Positions 10,819 through 21,374 of a stretch of 64,000 nucleotides of DNA are shown here, one piece after another. Position numbers and translations under genes: made by a program. Every line of letters begins with the position of its first letter. Positions within the stretch are counted from its first letter, which is position 1. Below the pieces are notes generated by a model. That model worked only from the letters and a program-made list of their open reading frames with translations. It had not been told where the DNA came from and ran no database searches. Source of the DNA: Calditrichia bacterium. GTDB taxonomy: Bacteria > Calditrichota > Calditrichia > JAJRVZ01. Location: assembly GCA_963796965.1 (NCBI GenBank), contig CAWCNS010000005.1:704001-768000 (forward strand), given 5' to 3'.

Positions 10819-11976
10819 CTAAGATCCGTTCTTTGCGGTTTGAAAAGGTAAAGTGAAGATAAATCGGCTTCCTTTATCCGGCTCACTTTCTACCCAAATT
10901 TCACCTTTCAGTATGTCAATAAATTCTTTACATAATATAAGCCCCAGCCCGGTACCTTTCTCATTATCCGTTCCCAATGTGCGATAGAATGTATCAAGCC
11001 TGAATAAGTTTTCTATGTTCTCTTCACTAATACCTATACCGGTATCACGAACTGTTATTTTTAGATTATCTCCCTCCACCTCACTGCTTACTTTAACGGT
11101 CCCGTTTTCTGACGTGAACTTTATCGCATTGGTTAATAAGTTTCGCAGCACAGTAGAAACCATATTCTTATCTGAATATATTAGTAAACCTTCGTTTATT
11201 TCTGAGGATATATAAATACTCTTTTCCTTTGCACGATCATGCAGTAATTCAACATTTTCTTTAGCCATATGGCCCAGGTCAATTTCCTCCGGTTTATATT
11301 CCATCTTACCAGAGTGTGAGCGTGCCCACATAAGTAAATCGGATAAAAGGTTATAGGCGCGGCCGGCACTTATATTTAGCGAATTAATTCCTTTCTTTAT
11401 CTTCTCCGTTTCGAGTCGTTCAAAATTCTTAACAAGTGCTAAACTATAACTCAGTAATGTACTAAGGGGGTTCTTAAGATCATGCGCGATAATCGAGAAG
11501 AATTTATCTTTTATGGCATTTGCTTCTACTAACTGCCTATTTTTCTGCTGCAATAAAACGTTTTGATCCCATAGTTGCTGCTGGAATTCCCTAATAGTCA
11601 AATGGGCATTCACACGCGCCAAGACCTCTTCGTGTTGTAGGGGTTTCGTCAGATAATCAGCCGCGCCAACTTCAAAGCCTCTGACTTTATCTACAGTTTC
11701 CGTTAGGGCTGTCATGAAAATTATCGGAATATCCTGTGTAATCTCGTCTTCCTTTAAACGATGGCAGGTTTCAAAACCATCAATTCCGGGCATGAGGACA
11801 TCTAATAGAATAATATCCGGGGTAATACGCTTGACATGTTCGAGGGCCTCTTCTCCACTTTGCGCCACCATAATGTCGAAACCACTGTCTTCCAAATATT
11901 TAATCAAGACCTTCAAATTCTCAAGTTTATCGTCAACGACTAAAATGGTCTTTTTTTCTGATGAGTCCGAATTCAT
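10819..11976 (-). CDS. Response regulator-histidine kinase (REC-HisKA-HATPase)
   Basis: ATG at 11976 follows AGGAGG; REC; IAHDLKNPL H-box; NLLTNAIKF; DTGIG; GTGLGL. Confidence 0.93.
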   Translation of the reverse strand: MNSDSSEKKTILVVDDKLENLKVLIKYLEDSGFDIMVAQSGEEALEHVKRITPDIILLDVLMPGIDGFETCHRLKEDEITQDIPIIFMTALTETVDKVRGFEVGAADYLTKPLQHEEVLARVNAHLTIREFQQQLWDQNVLLQQKNRQLVEANAIKDKFFSIIAHDLKNPLSTLLSYSLALVKNFERLETEKIKKGINSLNISAGRAYNLLSDLLMWARSHSGKMEYKPEEIDLGHMAKENVELLHDRAKEKSIYISSEINEGLLIYSDKNMVSTVLRNLLTNAIKFTSENGTVKVSSEVEGDNLKITVRDTGIGISEENIENLFRLDTFYRTLGTDNEKGTGLGLILCKEFIDILKGEIWVESEPDKGSRFIFTLPFQTAKNGS

Positions 11977-14900
11977 GGCTTCCCCTCCTTGAAGATAAAG
12001 TTGAATCATCTCGATGATCTGTTTGAATTGAAAGTTTTCTAGCGAGTTCTTCAATTTTGGTCACAAAAGGAGTAAATTGTTTATCGATCTTATTGATGTT
12101 TTCGAGCGACTGTTGAATACCTGTAATGTGACTAATTTCGGCAAATTCCAGCAAGGTTTCCAAATCCTCTTTCGGAGGAACAACCAACGGGAATGTTTCA
12201 GACGCTGGCTGTTCCCCGGCATCGGTCGCAGATGGTTCCTCATACAGCCACTAAGTCGTAAATGCGTCTGTAAACATTCCAACAGTTCATCTATATGTAT
12301 GGGCTTTGCAAGAAAATCATTACAACCTGCTTGAAGACTCATTTGTCTTTTCGCCTCGAGCGTACTCGCTGAAATTCCAATTACAATGATCCCCTCAAGC
12401 GCAGATATCTGTCGAATCTGCCGTGTCGCTTCAACCCCATCCATTACTGGCATCACCAAATCCATAAAGATAAGTGCCGGGTAGAATATAGTAGATTTAG
12501 CAAGAGCATCCTGTCCGTTGATGGCTTCTGCAATCTCAAAGCCTAATGGTAAAAGCATATCTTTTAAAACGGCACGATTTTTTTCGTTATCATCAACAAG
12601 TAAAATTTTTCGTTTTTCTCCTTTATAACCGACGATATGGTGAGATAGCATCGCTGCGCTGTAAGATTCACTCACCAAGATCCTTCAACTTCTGGTAATT
12701 CCAGGTCAAACCAAAAGGTAGTCCCCTCGCCTACAACACTCTTAACATGCAATTCGCCACCCATTAAACGGACCAAATTGCGACTAATTGGCAGCCCCAA
12801 ACCAGTCCCCTCAGTTCTAAGCTGTGTCTTATGCACCTGATGAAATGGTAAAAAGATATCTTCTAAATTATCTGGTGAAATTCCAATACCTGTGTCTTCA
12901 ACTTCAAAATGGATGCATGCAACAGGGGATTTCACGTCTTTTTTCTGCAAGCGATTCGACATTAACACTAAAAATAACGCTCCCTTCTTCGACAAATTTG
13001 ATCGCATTATTGATTAGATTCAAAAGAACCTGACGTAAACGTTTTTCGTCTGCATGAATACCTGTTGGTAACTCAGCCGCAATTTTACACTCAAAAGAAA
13101 CACCTTCCTGTTGCGCCCGAATCCGGGCAATGTCCGTGATCCCTTTCAGAAAACCGGGCAGATATATATCGGCCAGTTCCAGTTCCATCTTTTTTGCTTC
13201 AATCCTGGAAAGATCTAGCAGCTCGCTGATAAGTGTCAATAAATGTTCACTACTGTGGTGAATCGTATCAATTGCATCTTTTTGCTTCTTTTTCACACTC
13301 TTGTCACGTCTGAGAATTTGCGTATAGCCTAAAATGCTATTCAGGGGGGTTCGTAATTCGTGACTCATATTAGCAAGAAAGGTACTTTTTGCGCGATTCG
13401 CGGATTCAGCCTCTCGCTGAGATTCTTTTGCAACTTCTATGGCATGTTTCAATTCTTCCTCCGCCTTCTTACGCTCGGTGATATCTACAGCAATACATAG
13501 AATTCCGTCATTGCTATCCGGAAGCGGAACTTTTAACTCATGAAGATCCATATAACATACAGATCCATCTTTACGAAGACTTTTTTCATGATGCCTCATG
13601 ACCTTGCCTTTTTTTAACTGGTTGATATTTCCTTCTACTTCAGGTAAGGCATCGGGATGCACCAGAATATTAACATGTTTTCCCACTAATTCTTCTTCTG
13701 AATACCCAATAGAATTACAGAATGAGGGATTCACATCGAGGATTAAACCGTTCATATCCTCTAGAAGTAGACCAGTTGGAGAAGGCTCAAAAAGCATACG
13801 GTATCTTTTTTCATTTTCAGACAACTCTTTATAGGCTAGTTTGCGTGCTGTAATGTCACGAGCTACAAAAACCACTGTGTTTTTCGACATGGGAGCAATA
13901 CGTCCATCAAACCAGATCTCAGATTTTCCGATGTTCAGAGCTATATTCAATCGTTACCAGCTGTTGTTTCACTAAACTTTGCTGAACACGTTCCAGAAAA
14001 ATATCAGCCTGATCTTGAGGAAATGTCTCATGCAAGGTTTTTCCGCGAAGATCATCCTCAGGTTTATAAAGGAGTTCCGGTGAGGTTGGGGCGATTTTTA
14101 GATAGCGCCCGTCGCGATCCAGCATAAGGACCACATCTGGCATACCCTTGAATAATGCCCGCAATTCCGCTTCCGAGTTTCGCAGCGCTTCCTCTGCTGT
14201 AGCCGTTTGTATCATCTGTGCAGTGGTGTTTGCAAGCCCTTCAAGCAGTCCATCATCTTCACGAGAAATAACGTGCTTGCTAAAGAGTGCCAAAACGCCT
14301 ATGGGCTTTCCGACAGCCGAAAGAAGCTGATAGCCGGCAAATGATATCAGACCAAGATTTTTGGCCCAGTTGTGATTGTGAACACGTGGATCATTGCGTC
14401 ACATCATTGGTGATAAATTTGGCGTCTTCGCCGGCTGCGATTCGTCCGATCTTGTAGCAGCCAAACGGGACGCGTCTGATGCACTTCTCCGTCAAGGTGG
14501 GTATACCGTCCTGAACTGGCCATAAGACAGAGACAAAGATCCCGATAACGACAGACATGTGGACCTTCTGTTACCTTGGCGTGAAAGCAACCGGATTCAC
14601 ACAGATCGCCGGGTTTGATGATCCAGATCCGGGCAAAATCGGCATCGAAAATGTATCACAATCCCATCCGTAATATGCTTGAGTTTTTCATCAAGACTGA
14701 GTGGACCAAGAAGGTCTTCCTTTAATTGATTCAGACGCTCTATCCGCTTTTGTGCTTGTTTGCGTTCAGCAATTTCCTGGTGCAACTGTGTATTGGCTTG
14801 TAAAAGTTCAGCTGTGCGTTCGCGAAGCTCCTCATCTTGTTTTCTTAGTTTTTCAAATGCTTGAGATAACGTGTCATTTGTTGAATTCCAGAAAGCGCTG

Positions 14901-15547
14901 TAACGTTTGAAATCATCCTCAAGCATTTTATGCTTCCAATATAATGTGGTCAAACCAATGTCTTCAGGAATTTCAAGCGAACTGCTCCCTATTCTCATAA
15001 ACCCGTTCAGAATCTTGAAACCGAATCTGGAAAATGTCTTCATTTTCCGTATTATCCACATTGATATACAGCAAGTCTTTTGTTGTTCCCAAACCACCAA
15101 TCAAAACACCTCGCTCCATATCTCTATTAAAATGGGTTGTGCTTCGAACGAGTTGCCGTCCCTTTTTCTTCATCCAGGCTCAGCAAAGAAAATTTACCGA
15201 TCTGATCCGGATTCCCCCGAATAACACTGTAATATCCCTCAGAACTGGTTTGAAAGTGTAAAAAATCAATTCCTCGTTTTAATAATGTGTTTCCCTGGGC
15301 CATGAGAGTACCAGAGATTCATCATTTCAATGCCAATTTGCTCAAATATAGGGCGCAGGATCAGAATACTTATCCCTAACAATATTTAAAATATTTAAAA
15401 CTTTTTCCAGAGGATACCATTCCTCTGCTTTAATTTGTTCCAGAAAATCGGGTTTCTTCCGCAATAAGAAATTTAAAATTTATACAAGCCTGTCCAAAAG
15501 ACAGAGGGAGTGCCCCTAATATCTGAGTGTTTATTGCGGTTTTTCAT
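11973..15547 (-). CDS. Large hybrid sensor histidine kinase (unknown N-domain, GAF, 2 PAS, HisKA, HATPase, REC) broken by many frameshifts
   Basis: Consecutive fragments in different frames: 14973..15173, 14597..15100, 13919..14293, 12904..13950 (MSHELRTPL), 12672..13007 (DTGIG, GTGLGL), 12061..12678 (REC), 11933..12187. Start ATG AAA AAC CGC at 15547; end point approximate. Confidence 0.8.
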
Positions 15548-15916
15548 AGTTTTCCCGTCCTTTAATGTAGTTGAAATAGTGCTAAAAATGCACCCTACAA
15601 AAATCATTAGTCAGCTCTGCTATTGTCCTATAATGGGCACAAAAATCCAAAAAGGTTCTATTTATATTCTTTTTATAATTAATCTATTAAAATGAAAATT
15701 TTCTAAACAGGAAAGTAAAATAAGTGCAATAGCAAAGAAACGAACAGGAAGAATTTGGTTAATTTTTTCACAACTCATCCTCCAAATCAAAGTTGTCGCT
15801 ATTAAGCGACTCATTGCACGGGATATGAAATTTCCCAACTTAGGCAACCGGGTACAACCATCTCGCTGCTGTCGTAGGGTGTGTAATAACCCGAAGGGTG
15901 GTTAGGGTGGTACAGG

Positions 15917-17464
15917 TTAAAGTTCTGTTTTTACCACTTTTTCCAATTTCACATCATCAATCCCCTGCACCTGGTGGAACGATATATTGCTTACATTTTT
16001 AAGAATGAATAGGGGTGCATCCTTTCCCTTTTTCGCATCGATGTGATTGAAATCAGCATCGTGAACATCATCCAGAACAAAAGCAGGGCGCTCGTCACTA
16101 TTTATGTAATGTAGGATTATGTCACTCACTTTTAATCCTTTTACATATCGGAAATAGATACCATAAGCAGGCATGGAATGCCAGCGATACGGATCAGGAT
16201 ACATGTCGATGTTTTGCGGAACCTCTTTATCAATTGCCTCTTTCGAAATACCGCCACGGAAATAGATTCGGATATTTCTCAAAGTCAAATCTTCAATATA
16301 ATGACCAGGAATCCCCATCACCATTCCGGCCCCCAATTCGGGAGCCTTCGGGCGTCCACCCACATCATAAACATTTAAGTCGCTGATTGTAATGCGTCTG
16401 CACACACCAACCGGCGTTCCTTCAGGGCCACGCATTCGGGCATTTAGCCGGATAAAGAACGGTGTGTCTGTCACGTCACGCATCGTAATGTTGTTAATCA
16501 ATACATCCTCAACCAGACCACCATCTGCTGTCTCAATACAGATTCCCCGCGAACGTTCGAAAACACAATTAGAGACTGTAATATTCTTAAAGCCCCCGTT
16601 TGATTCCGTTCCCATCTTCAAACGTCCAGTAATACAGTGACCTGCTTCGGGATCCTCATCTATAAATTCAGTTTTGAACGTTCCGTCCATTAACGACCCA
16701 TGATCATAACCAAACACCTGGCAATTGGTAATGGTTACATTTTCAGTAGCCCGTGCATAGCCTAAGGCGAAAGATGATTTCAAACATAGTCCGTCGTCAG
16801 TGGGCGAATTGATGATACAATTTGAAACAAGAACATTTTTGCAGCAGTCAATATCAAAGGCATCGCGGTCAGCATCAGCACGCACATTATCAATCGTCAA
16901 ATTGTCAACACCCGTGGCTAATATGCAGAAGTGACCACCATGAAGGATGGAGATGTCTCGAATCGTCACATTTAAGCAATTTTTTAAACTGATCGCCTTA
17001 TTTCCCGATCCTTTTATATCGGGCTTATCGTGTGTGTATAAACCTTTACCCCAGATCATCCCGTACCCGGTAATCGCAATATCGCGCAGGCTGTCGCCGT
17101 AAATCAGGCTGTTTTTCCAATAGCTGTGCCCAAAGTCCTGAAACTTTTTATACCAAGCATCTTCTTCAGGCAAGTCATATCCAACCCCATCCACTTCTTT
17201 ATCCCCGATCAACCTTGCCCCTTGATCCAGGTGAAGGGTGATCTTACTCTGCATTCGAATCGTATAGGAAAGAAAATCGCCCGCAGGAAAATAAACCGTT
17301 CCTCCTCCATTCTTTGCAGCAGCATCAATAGCCGCGTTAATTGCCCCGGTATTATTGGTTTTGCCATCTCCCCTGGCTCCGTAGTCGCGCACATTGTAAA
17401 ACATCTCCTGAGCAGACACGGATACTACCAGCAATAATATCAAAAATATTGTTATCTTTCTCAA
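15917..17464 (-). CDS. GH28 polygalacturonase-like beta-helix glycoside hydrolase
   Basis: Signal peptide; NVRDYGARGDG, DRDAFDIDCC, DDGLCLKS, KMGTESNGGF. Confidence 0.9.
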   Translation of the reverse strand: MRKITIFLILLLVVSVSAQEMFYNVRDYGARGDGKTNNTGAINAAIDAAAKNGGGTVYFPAGDFLSYTIRMQSKITLHLDQGARLIGDKEVDGVGYDLPEEDAWYKKFQDFGHSYWKNSLIYGDSLRDIAITGYGMIWGKGLYTHDKPDIKGSGNKAISLKNCLNVTIRDISILHGGHFCILATGVDNLTIDNVRADADRDAFDIDCCKNVLVSNCIINSPTDDGLCLKSSFALGYARATENVTITNCQVFGYDHGSLMDGTFKTEFIDEDPEAGHCITGRLKMGTESNGGFKNITVSNCVFERSRGICIETADGGLVEDVLINNITMRDVTDTPFFIRLNARMRGPEGTPVGVCRRITISDLNVYDVGGRPKAPELGAGMVMGIPGHYIEDLTLRNIRIYFRGGISKEAIDKEVPQNIDMYPDPYRWHSMPAYGIYFRYVKGLKVSDIILHYINSDERPAFVLDDVHDADFNHIDAKKGKDAPLFILKNVSNISFHQVQGIDDVKLEKVVKTEL

Positions 17465-17628
17465 TTATTTCTCCTTAAATCGAAATTTTAGTACTGGCAT
17501 GTTTTATTAGTAATTTAAAACAGTTATCTCTTTGAAAAAACACCTATGAGAAATCTTGTGGAAAAGCAAGTTTCATTTAAAAATCATTTTATACTTTTAT
17601 CTGGATTTGAAATAAGAAGTGATTCGGA

Positions 17629-18297
17629 TTATGGCTTCCCACCCCAGTTTGGAATCTCCTTCTTTCCTCGCGGAGAAAGCATGTACACACCACGTGACGC
17701 TCTGTCAAACCAGCCATACACGTCACGGTATAAGATATCCCTGGCTTTCGGCTCGCCTAGAGTTTGGGCTACATCTGAGGCTTTTGTCGGTCCGTGCTCC
17801 CTTAGAAACCAGCCTATGGCAATAGACCTTTGCCGGTAGGCGGTCATGATGCCCTTTCTCTTCTCTGTCCCACCAAGGTTCGGATCCCCTACCCGTCTCA
17901 TGAACTCACTAAGCAAACGCTCCTGGCGGTGCTTTGACTCTCTGGGCTTATACGCACCTGGATCGATTAGCACGTCTACGCTCCCGGTCTTCAGTTTCGG
18001 ATCTATCACGATCAAACCCAAACCAAGCATCCGGAGTAGTTTAATGACCTGTCTCCGTCGTCGCTTCAAAATTGCACATTGCCTGGGAATGCCGATATAC
18101 ACTTTTGGTGTCAGGGAAATCCGTTCAACAGCCTGAAGAATCACGTTTAAATTGAAAGAGAGTTTGAGTTCAACGACCAAGGGAGATTCATCCCCGCGCA
18201 CGGCCAGAACATCACAGTCCTGTACCTCACCCTTCACCTCATAATTCTGAGATTCCAGGAACCGTTTAAGAGGAAGATAAAGATCAGATTCCTTCAT
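17629..18297 (-). CDS. DUF2161-family putative PD-(D/E)XK-fold protein (last cassette of the array)
   Basis: KESDLYLP, YEVKGEV, VELK...LQA, GDPNLGG, MTAYRQ, YGWF; starts just after an attC R' site (GTTCGGC). Confidence 0.85.
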   Translation of the reverse strand: MKESDLYLPLKRFLESQNYEVKGEVQDCDVLAVRGDESPLVVELKLSFNLNVILQAVERISLTPKVYIGIPRQCAILKRRRRQVIKLLRMLGLGLIVIDPKLKTGSVDVLIDPGAYKPRESKHRQERLLSEFMRRVGDPNLGGTEKRKGIMTAYRQRSIAIGWFLREHGPTKASDVAQTLGEPKARDILYRDVYGWFDRASRGVYMLSPRGKKEIPNWGGKP

Positions 18298-18312
18298 ACT
18301 TATTCTTCATAT

Positions 18313-18419
18313 GCCGAACAGATGGCGGTTAACCAACAATACCACAAACATCGTGAACTAATAAGCTGCCCGCATGACAATTGCACGTGCTTGGCGTCTG
18401 TTTGAACCGCGTGTTATGG
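18313..18419 (-). mobile_element. Integron attC site (107 bp)
   Basis: Minus strand CCATAAC-ACGC-GGTTCAA...TTAACC-GCCATCT-GTTCGGC: R'', L'' with an extra C, L', R'. Confidence 0.75.
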
Positions 18420-18492
18420 TTTTTTTAAAACTAGCTCGATTATTTGTAAAGTTCAAAAAAATTTTCTGGATATGATCATCCTTCTAAAAAAA

Positions 18493-18597
18493 ACATAACG
18501 ATCAGGCATAGGTGGCCGCCCACAATTGTGACCAGCTTCTGAATTCTTCGGATTGTCACGGTAGAAGCTCAGTCACCTGCGGAGAATATCTCGTCGC
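18493..18597 (-). mobile_element. Degenerate attC site
   Basis: R' GTTATGT preceded by CCACCTATGCCTGATC; partial L arm CGCAGGTGAC; R'' not recognisable; left boundary approximate. Confidence 0.5.
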
Positions 18598-19407
18598 CAC
18601 AAGAATGCGACAGCGCGCTTACCCAAGATGTAATCATCAAATATCACTTGAGCCTGACTATCCCCCATACCAAGACACACGTGCAGTGGCAACAAATGCT
18701 CCTCACGGGGGTGACAGTATCTTGCAGAAGGTGCTTTTTCCCAATCGATCAAGTGTTTTTCACGCTCAGACTGGGGCAAAGTGCCAGTGCATATCTCGAT
18801 CAGCCAATTTTGAAAAGCATCATTGTCTGGATCAGGTGCGTTATTTTCTTTCCAAGAGAATGCTTTCATATTGTGGAACGAAAATCCAGATCCGACTACT
18901 AAGATATTTTCATGCATTAATTCGCGCAGCGCTTTTCCAAGAGCAATATGCACGGCTGGTTTAAGACCGTGTAATAGCGATAGTTGAAGCGCGGGAATAT
19001 CGGCACGGGGGTACATCAGTTTCAGTGGGATAAAAAAGCCATGGTCAAATCCCCGCTTAGGATCGATATGAGCCTGTATATTGTTTATATTCAATATTTC
19101 TGCAATCCTTTTCAGCAAGATCTGGGTTTCCAGGGGCCGGATATGTAATTTCATAGGCTTCATCGGGAAAACCATAGTAATCATATAAGATGGGAGGGGT
19201 GGGTGAGCCTAAGAGCGTTGCTACACTTTCCTCCCAATGTGCGCTGATGACAAGTATAACATCTGGCGTTCTCAATTGAGATGGAATCTGTAGCATGAAA
19301 TCCACCATTGCCTCATGGCTTGCGTCTCCGAGAATTGGCAATGGGCCTCCACCATGGGATAAATAGACAATTTGGCCCTGATTATTATTGCTGTTTTTTT
19401 TCATCAC
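18573..19407 (-). CDS. LigB/DODA-type (YgiD-like) extradiol ring-cleavage dioxygenase, frameshifted near 19110
   Basis: YLSHGGGP, ISAHWE, YDYYGFP, RGFDHG, GSGFSFHN, HPREEHLLPL; removing one A in GAAAAGG joins the two ORFs. Confidence 0.88.
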
Positions 19408-19470
19408 CGATTAATGTTCCAGTTCAATCTTTCCAAACACCTCCGCTTCCGCAGTTACAATATCTTTACC

Positions 19471-19526
19471 GCCTAACGTGAAGTTCAGCGGCGGTTTTTA
19501 CCGTCCGCTGTAACGTCTTCTTGGGA
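19471..19526 (-). mobile_element. Short integron attC site (56 bp), R'' mutated
   Basis: Minus strand TCCCAAG-AAGACGTTACAGCGGACGG-TAAAAA-CCGCCGCTGAACTTCAC-GTTAGGC; canonical short attC shape with AAC changed to AAG in R''. Confidence 0.8.
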
Positions 19527-19644
19527 TCCAGCTTCTCCTGAACCGAACCCCAAGCGGCCACAGATTCGGGCATTGTTCTGTATTTTACGGCTCGTTTCAA
19601 TGGGAAATGATGCGGTTGTTATCAACACACTTTCATAGAAAACT

Positions 19645-19679
19645 AAAAAAACTTCGCCGATAATTTGGCGAAGTTTTTT
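19645..19679 (-). terminator. Intrinsic (bidirectional-type) terminator after the aldo-keto reductase gene
   Basis: AAAAAAACTTCGCC-gataattt-GGCGAAGTTTTTT, 5 bp after the stop codon. Confidence 0.8.
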
Positions 19680-19684
19680 AATTT

Positions 19685-20641
19685 TCAGTAGCGTTCACCC
19701 TCGACCTTAAAATTCTGAGAAAAAGCGTCTAACTCTGCTTTCTCCTTTTTACTCAAAATAATTACCTGAGTCGCCCAATTTAAATTCAAATATTTCGAGC
19801 GGCGTGTCCCAGGTATCGTAGCGATATCATCACCTTTTGCAAGCACCCATGCCAATGCCACTTGTGAAGGTGTAACATCTTTTTCAGTCGCGATTTCTTT
19901 GACTTTTTCGACAAGTTTTTGGTTATTTGCAATAGCTTCTTCACTAAAACGGGGGTTGCTTAATCGCCAGTCACTTTGTTCAAGATCATCGCGCTGTTTA
20001 ATTGCGCCAGTTAAAAATCCGCGGCCAAGCGGGCTGTAGGCGACAAAGCCAATTCCAAGTTCACGCGCTTTTGGCAAAATACTTTCTTCAACGTCTCGCG
20101 ACCAGAGTGAAAGCTCAGTTTGTAGCGCGGAAATGGGGTGGGTATGGTGTGCTTTTTCCAGGTCTTCGGCACTGTATTCTGATAGACCGATGTAGCCAAT
20201 TTTACCTGCTTGGACCAGTTCGGCCATCGTGCCGATTGTTTCTTCGATGGGGACTTCCGGGTCCGGTCGATGTTGGTAGTAAAGGTCGATATAATCGGTG
20301 TTCAGGCGCTTCAGCGAAGCGTCGCAGCAGACTTTAATGTATTCTGGTGAGCCGCTAATACCAAGCCAGGCACCATCTTGTCCGCGTTTTATGCCAAACT
20401 TTGTGGCCAGAATGACTTTTTCACGGCGATTCGCCAGCGCTTTTCCAAGTAATTTTTCGTTGGTAAATGGGCCGTACATGTCAGCGGTATCCCAAAAATT
20501 ACAGCCGATTTCTAAGGCTTCATCGAGTAGTTTTAGGCTTTTAGCATCATCGGATCGACCATAAAATTCCGACATACCCATACAGCCAAGTCCAACGGCA
20601 GGAACCTTTAGACCTTGTTGACCAAGTTTAACAATTTTCAT
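19685..20641 (-). CDS. Aldo/keto reductase
   Basis: GLGCMGMS, DTADMYG, LATKFG, IDLYYQHR, AYSPLGRG, IPGT; GGAGG RBS. Confidence 0.96.
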   Translation of the reverse strand: MKIVKLGQQGLKVPAVGLGCMGMSEFYGRSDDAKSLKLLDEALEIGCNFWDTADMYGPFTNEKLLGKALANRREKVILATKFGIKRGQDGAWLGISGSPEYIKVCCDASLKRLNTDYIDLYYQHRPDPEVPIEETIGTMAELVQAGKIGYIGLSEYSAEDLEKAHHTHPISALQTELSLWSRDVEESILPKARELGIGFVAYSPLGRGFLTGAIKQRDDLEQSDWRLSNPRFSEEAIANNQKLVEKVKEIATEKDVTPSQVALAWVLAKGDDIATIPGTRRSKYLNLNWATQVIILSKKEKAELDAFSQNFKVEGERY

Positions 20642-20717
20642 TTTTCCTCCAAAAAATTTTAACTTGAAGTCTTAAACGAATTTATAAATTAACTTTTGTC
20701 CATTGTCTTCTTTGCTG

Positions 20718-20821
20718 CTCTAACGGTCACGCTTAAGGGGTGCGCCACTGACTAGGGAAAGGCACGATGTATTCGAATTCATGCTACATGTTTTCACGTC
20801 CGCTTCAAGCCATGGTTAGAA
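20718..20821 (-). mobile_element. Integron attC site of the TA cassette (104 bp)
   Basis: Minus strand TTCTAAC-CATG-GCTTGAAGCGGACG...CCCCTTAAGC-GTGACC-GTTAGAG, starting 11 bp after the toxin stop codon. Confidence 0.82.
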
Positions 20822-20832
20822 TTGCTTTAAAA

Positions 20833-21090
20833 TTACCGGTAGACATCACGACGATGGCCTACCTTTATTATTATGACAATCAATTTATCATCTTCAATTG
20901 TGTAAATAATTCGGTAAGAACCCTGACGTATTCGATAAGCATTTTGTGCGGTTAATTTTTCACATCCTGTAGGACGTGGATCTTTGGAGAGAGTCTGAAT
21001 TCTGTCTGTAATCTTAAGAAGTTCCTTCTTCGGAATTTTATTTAATTCCTTAATTGCAGACGGCTTAATTAGAACTTTATAGCTTGCCAC
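20833..21090 (-). CDS. relE: Type II toxin, RelE/ParE family
   Basis: YKVLIKPSAIKEL...PRPTGCEKL...YRIRQGSYRIIY...KVGHRRDVY; overlaps the antitoxin stop. Confidence 0.92.
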   Translation of the reverse strand: MASYKVLIKPSAIKELNKIPKKELLKITDRIQTLSKDPRPTGCEKLTAQNAYRIRQGSYRIIYTIEDDKLIVIIIKVGHRRDVYR

Positions 21091-21310
21091 TATGTTTTAA
21101 ATCTTTCAGTATATCCTTAAAATCAACATTTGGTTCATTTTGCCGCTCTTCAATTGCCAGAAGATCTTCATAATCCTCAGCGAGACTAAAACGAACAGCA
21201 TCATTAATTAGTTCTGACATGGTTCGTTCAATCTGAGCAGATTTAATTTTTAATGCTCTGTGTAATTTGGGATCAAGATAAACTGTGGCTCTTTTATTTT
21301 TTGCTTCCAT
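21077..21310 (-). CDS. Antitoxin, CopG/ribbon-helix-helix type
   Basis: KRATVYLDPKLHRALKIK...SELINDAV, acidic C-terminus, directly upstream of the RelE gene. Confidence 0.88.
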   Translation of the reverse strand: MEAKNKRATVYLDPKLHRALKIKSAQIERTMSELINDAVRFSLAEDYEDLLAIEERQNEPNVDFKDILKDLKHSGKL

Positions 21311-21316
21311 GTTTTA

Positions 21317-21344
21317 AATATACAAAATGACATCAAGATGTCAA
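21317..21344 (-). promoter_or_regulatory. Sigma70-like promoter with overlapping palindromic operator for the TA operon
   Basis: Minus strand TTGACA-16 nt-TATATT-TAAAAC-ATG; inverted repeat TGACATC-AA-GATGTCA at 21328..21343. Confidence 0.75.
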
Positions 21345-21374
21345 GACGTTTTAATGTAAAAAAAGCAATTCTAA

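Noticed and set aside
15850..15910. Possible fifth attC after the GH28 gene (CCCTAAC...GTTGTAC on minus)
   Set aside because: The L arms do not pair; the middle resembles half of a GTAG-REP; GH28 lacks a cassette-like start.
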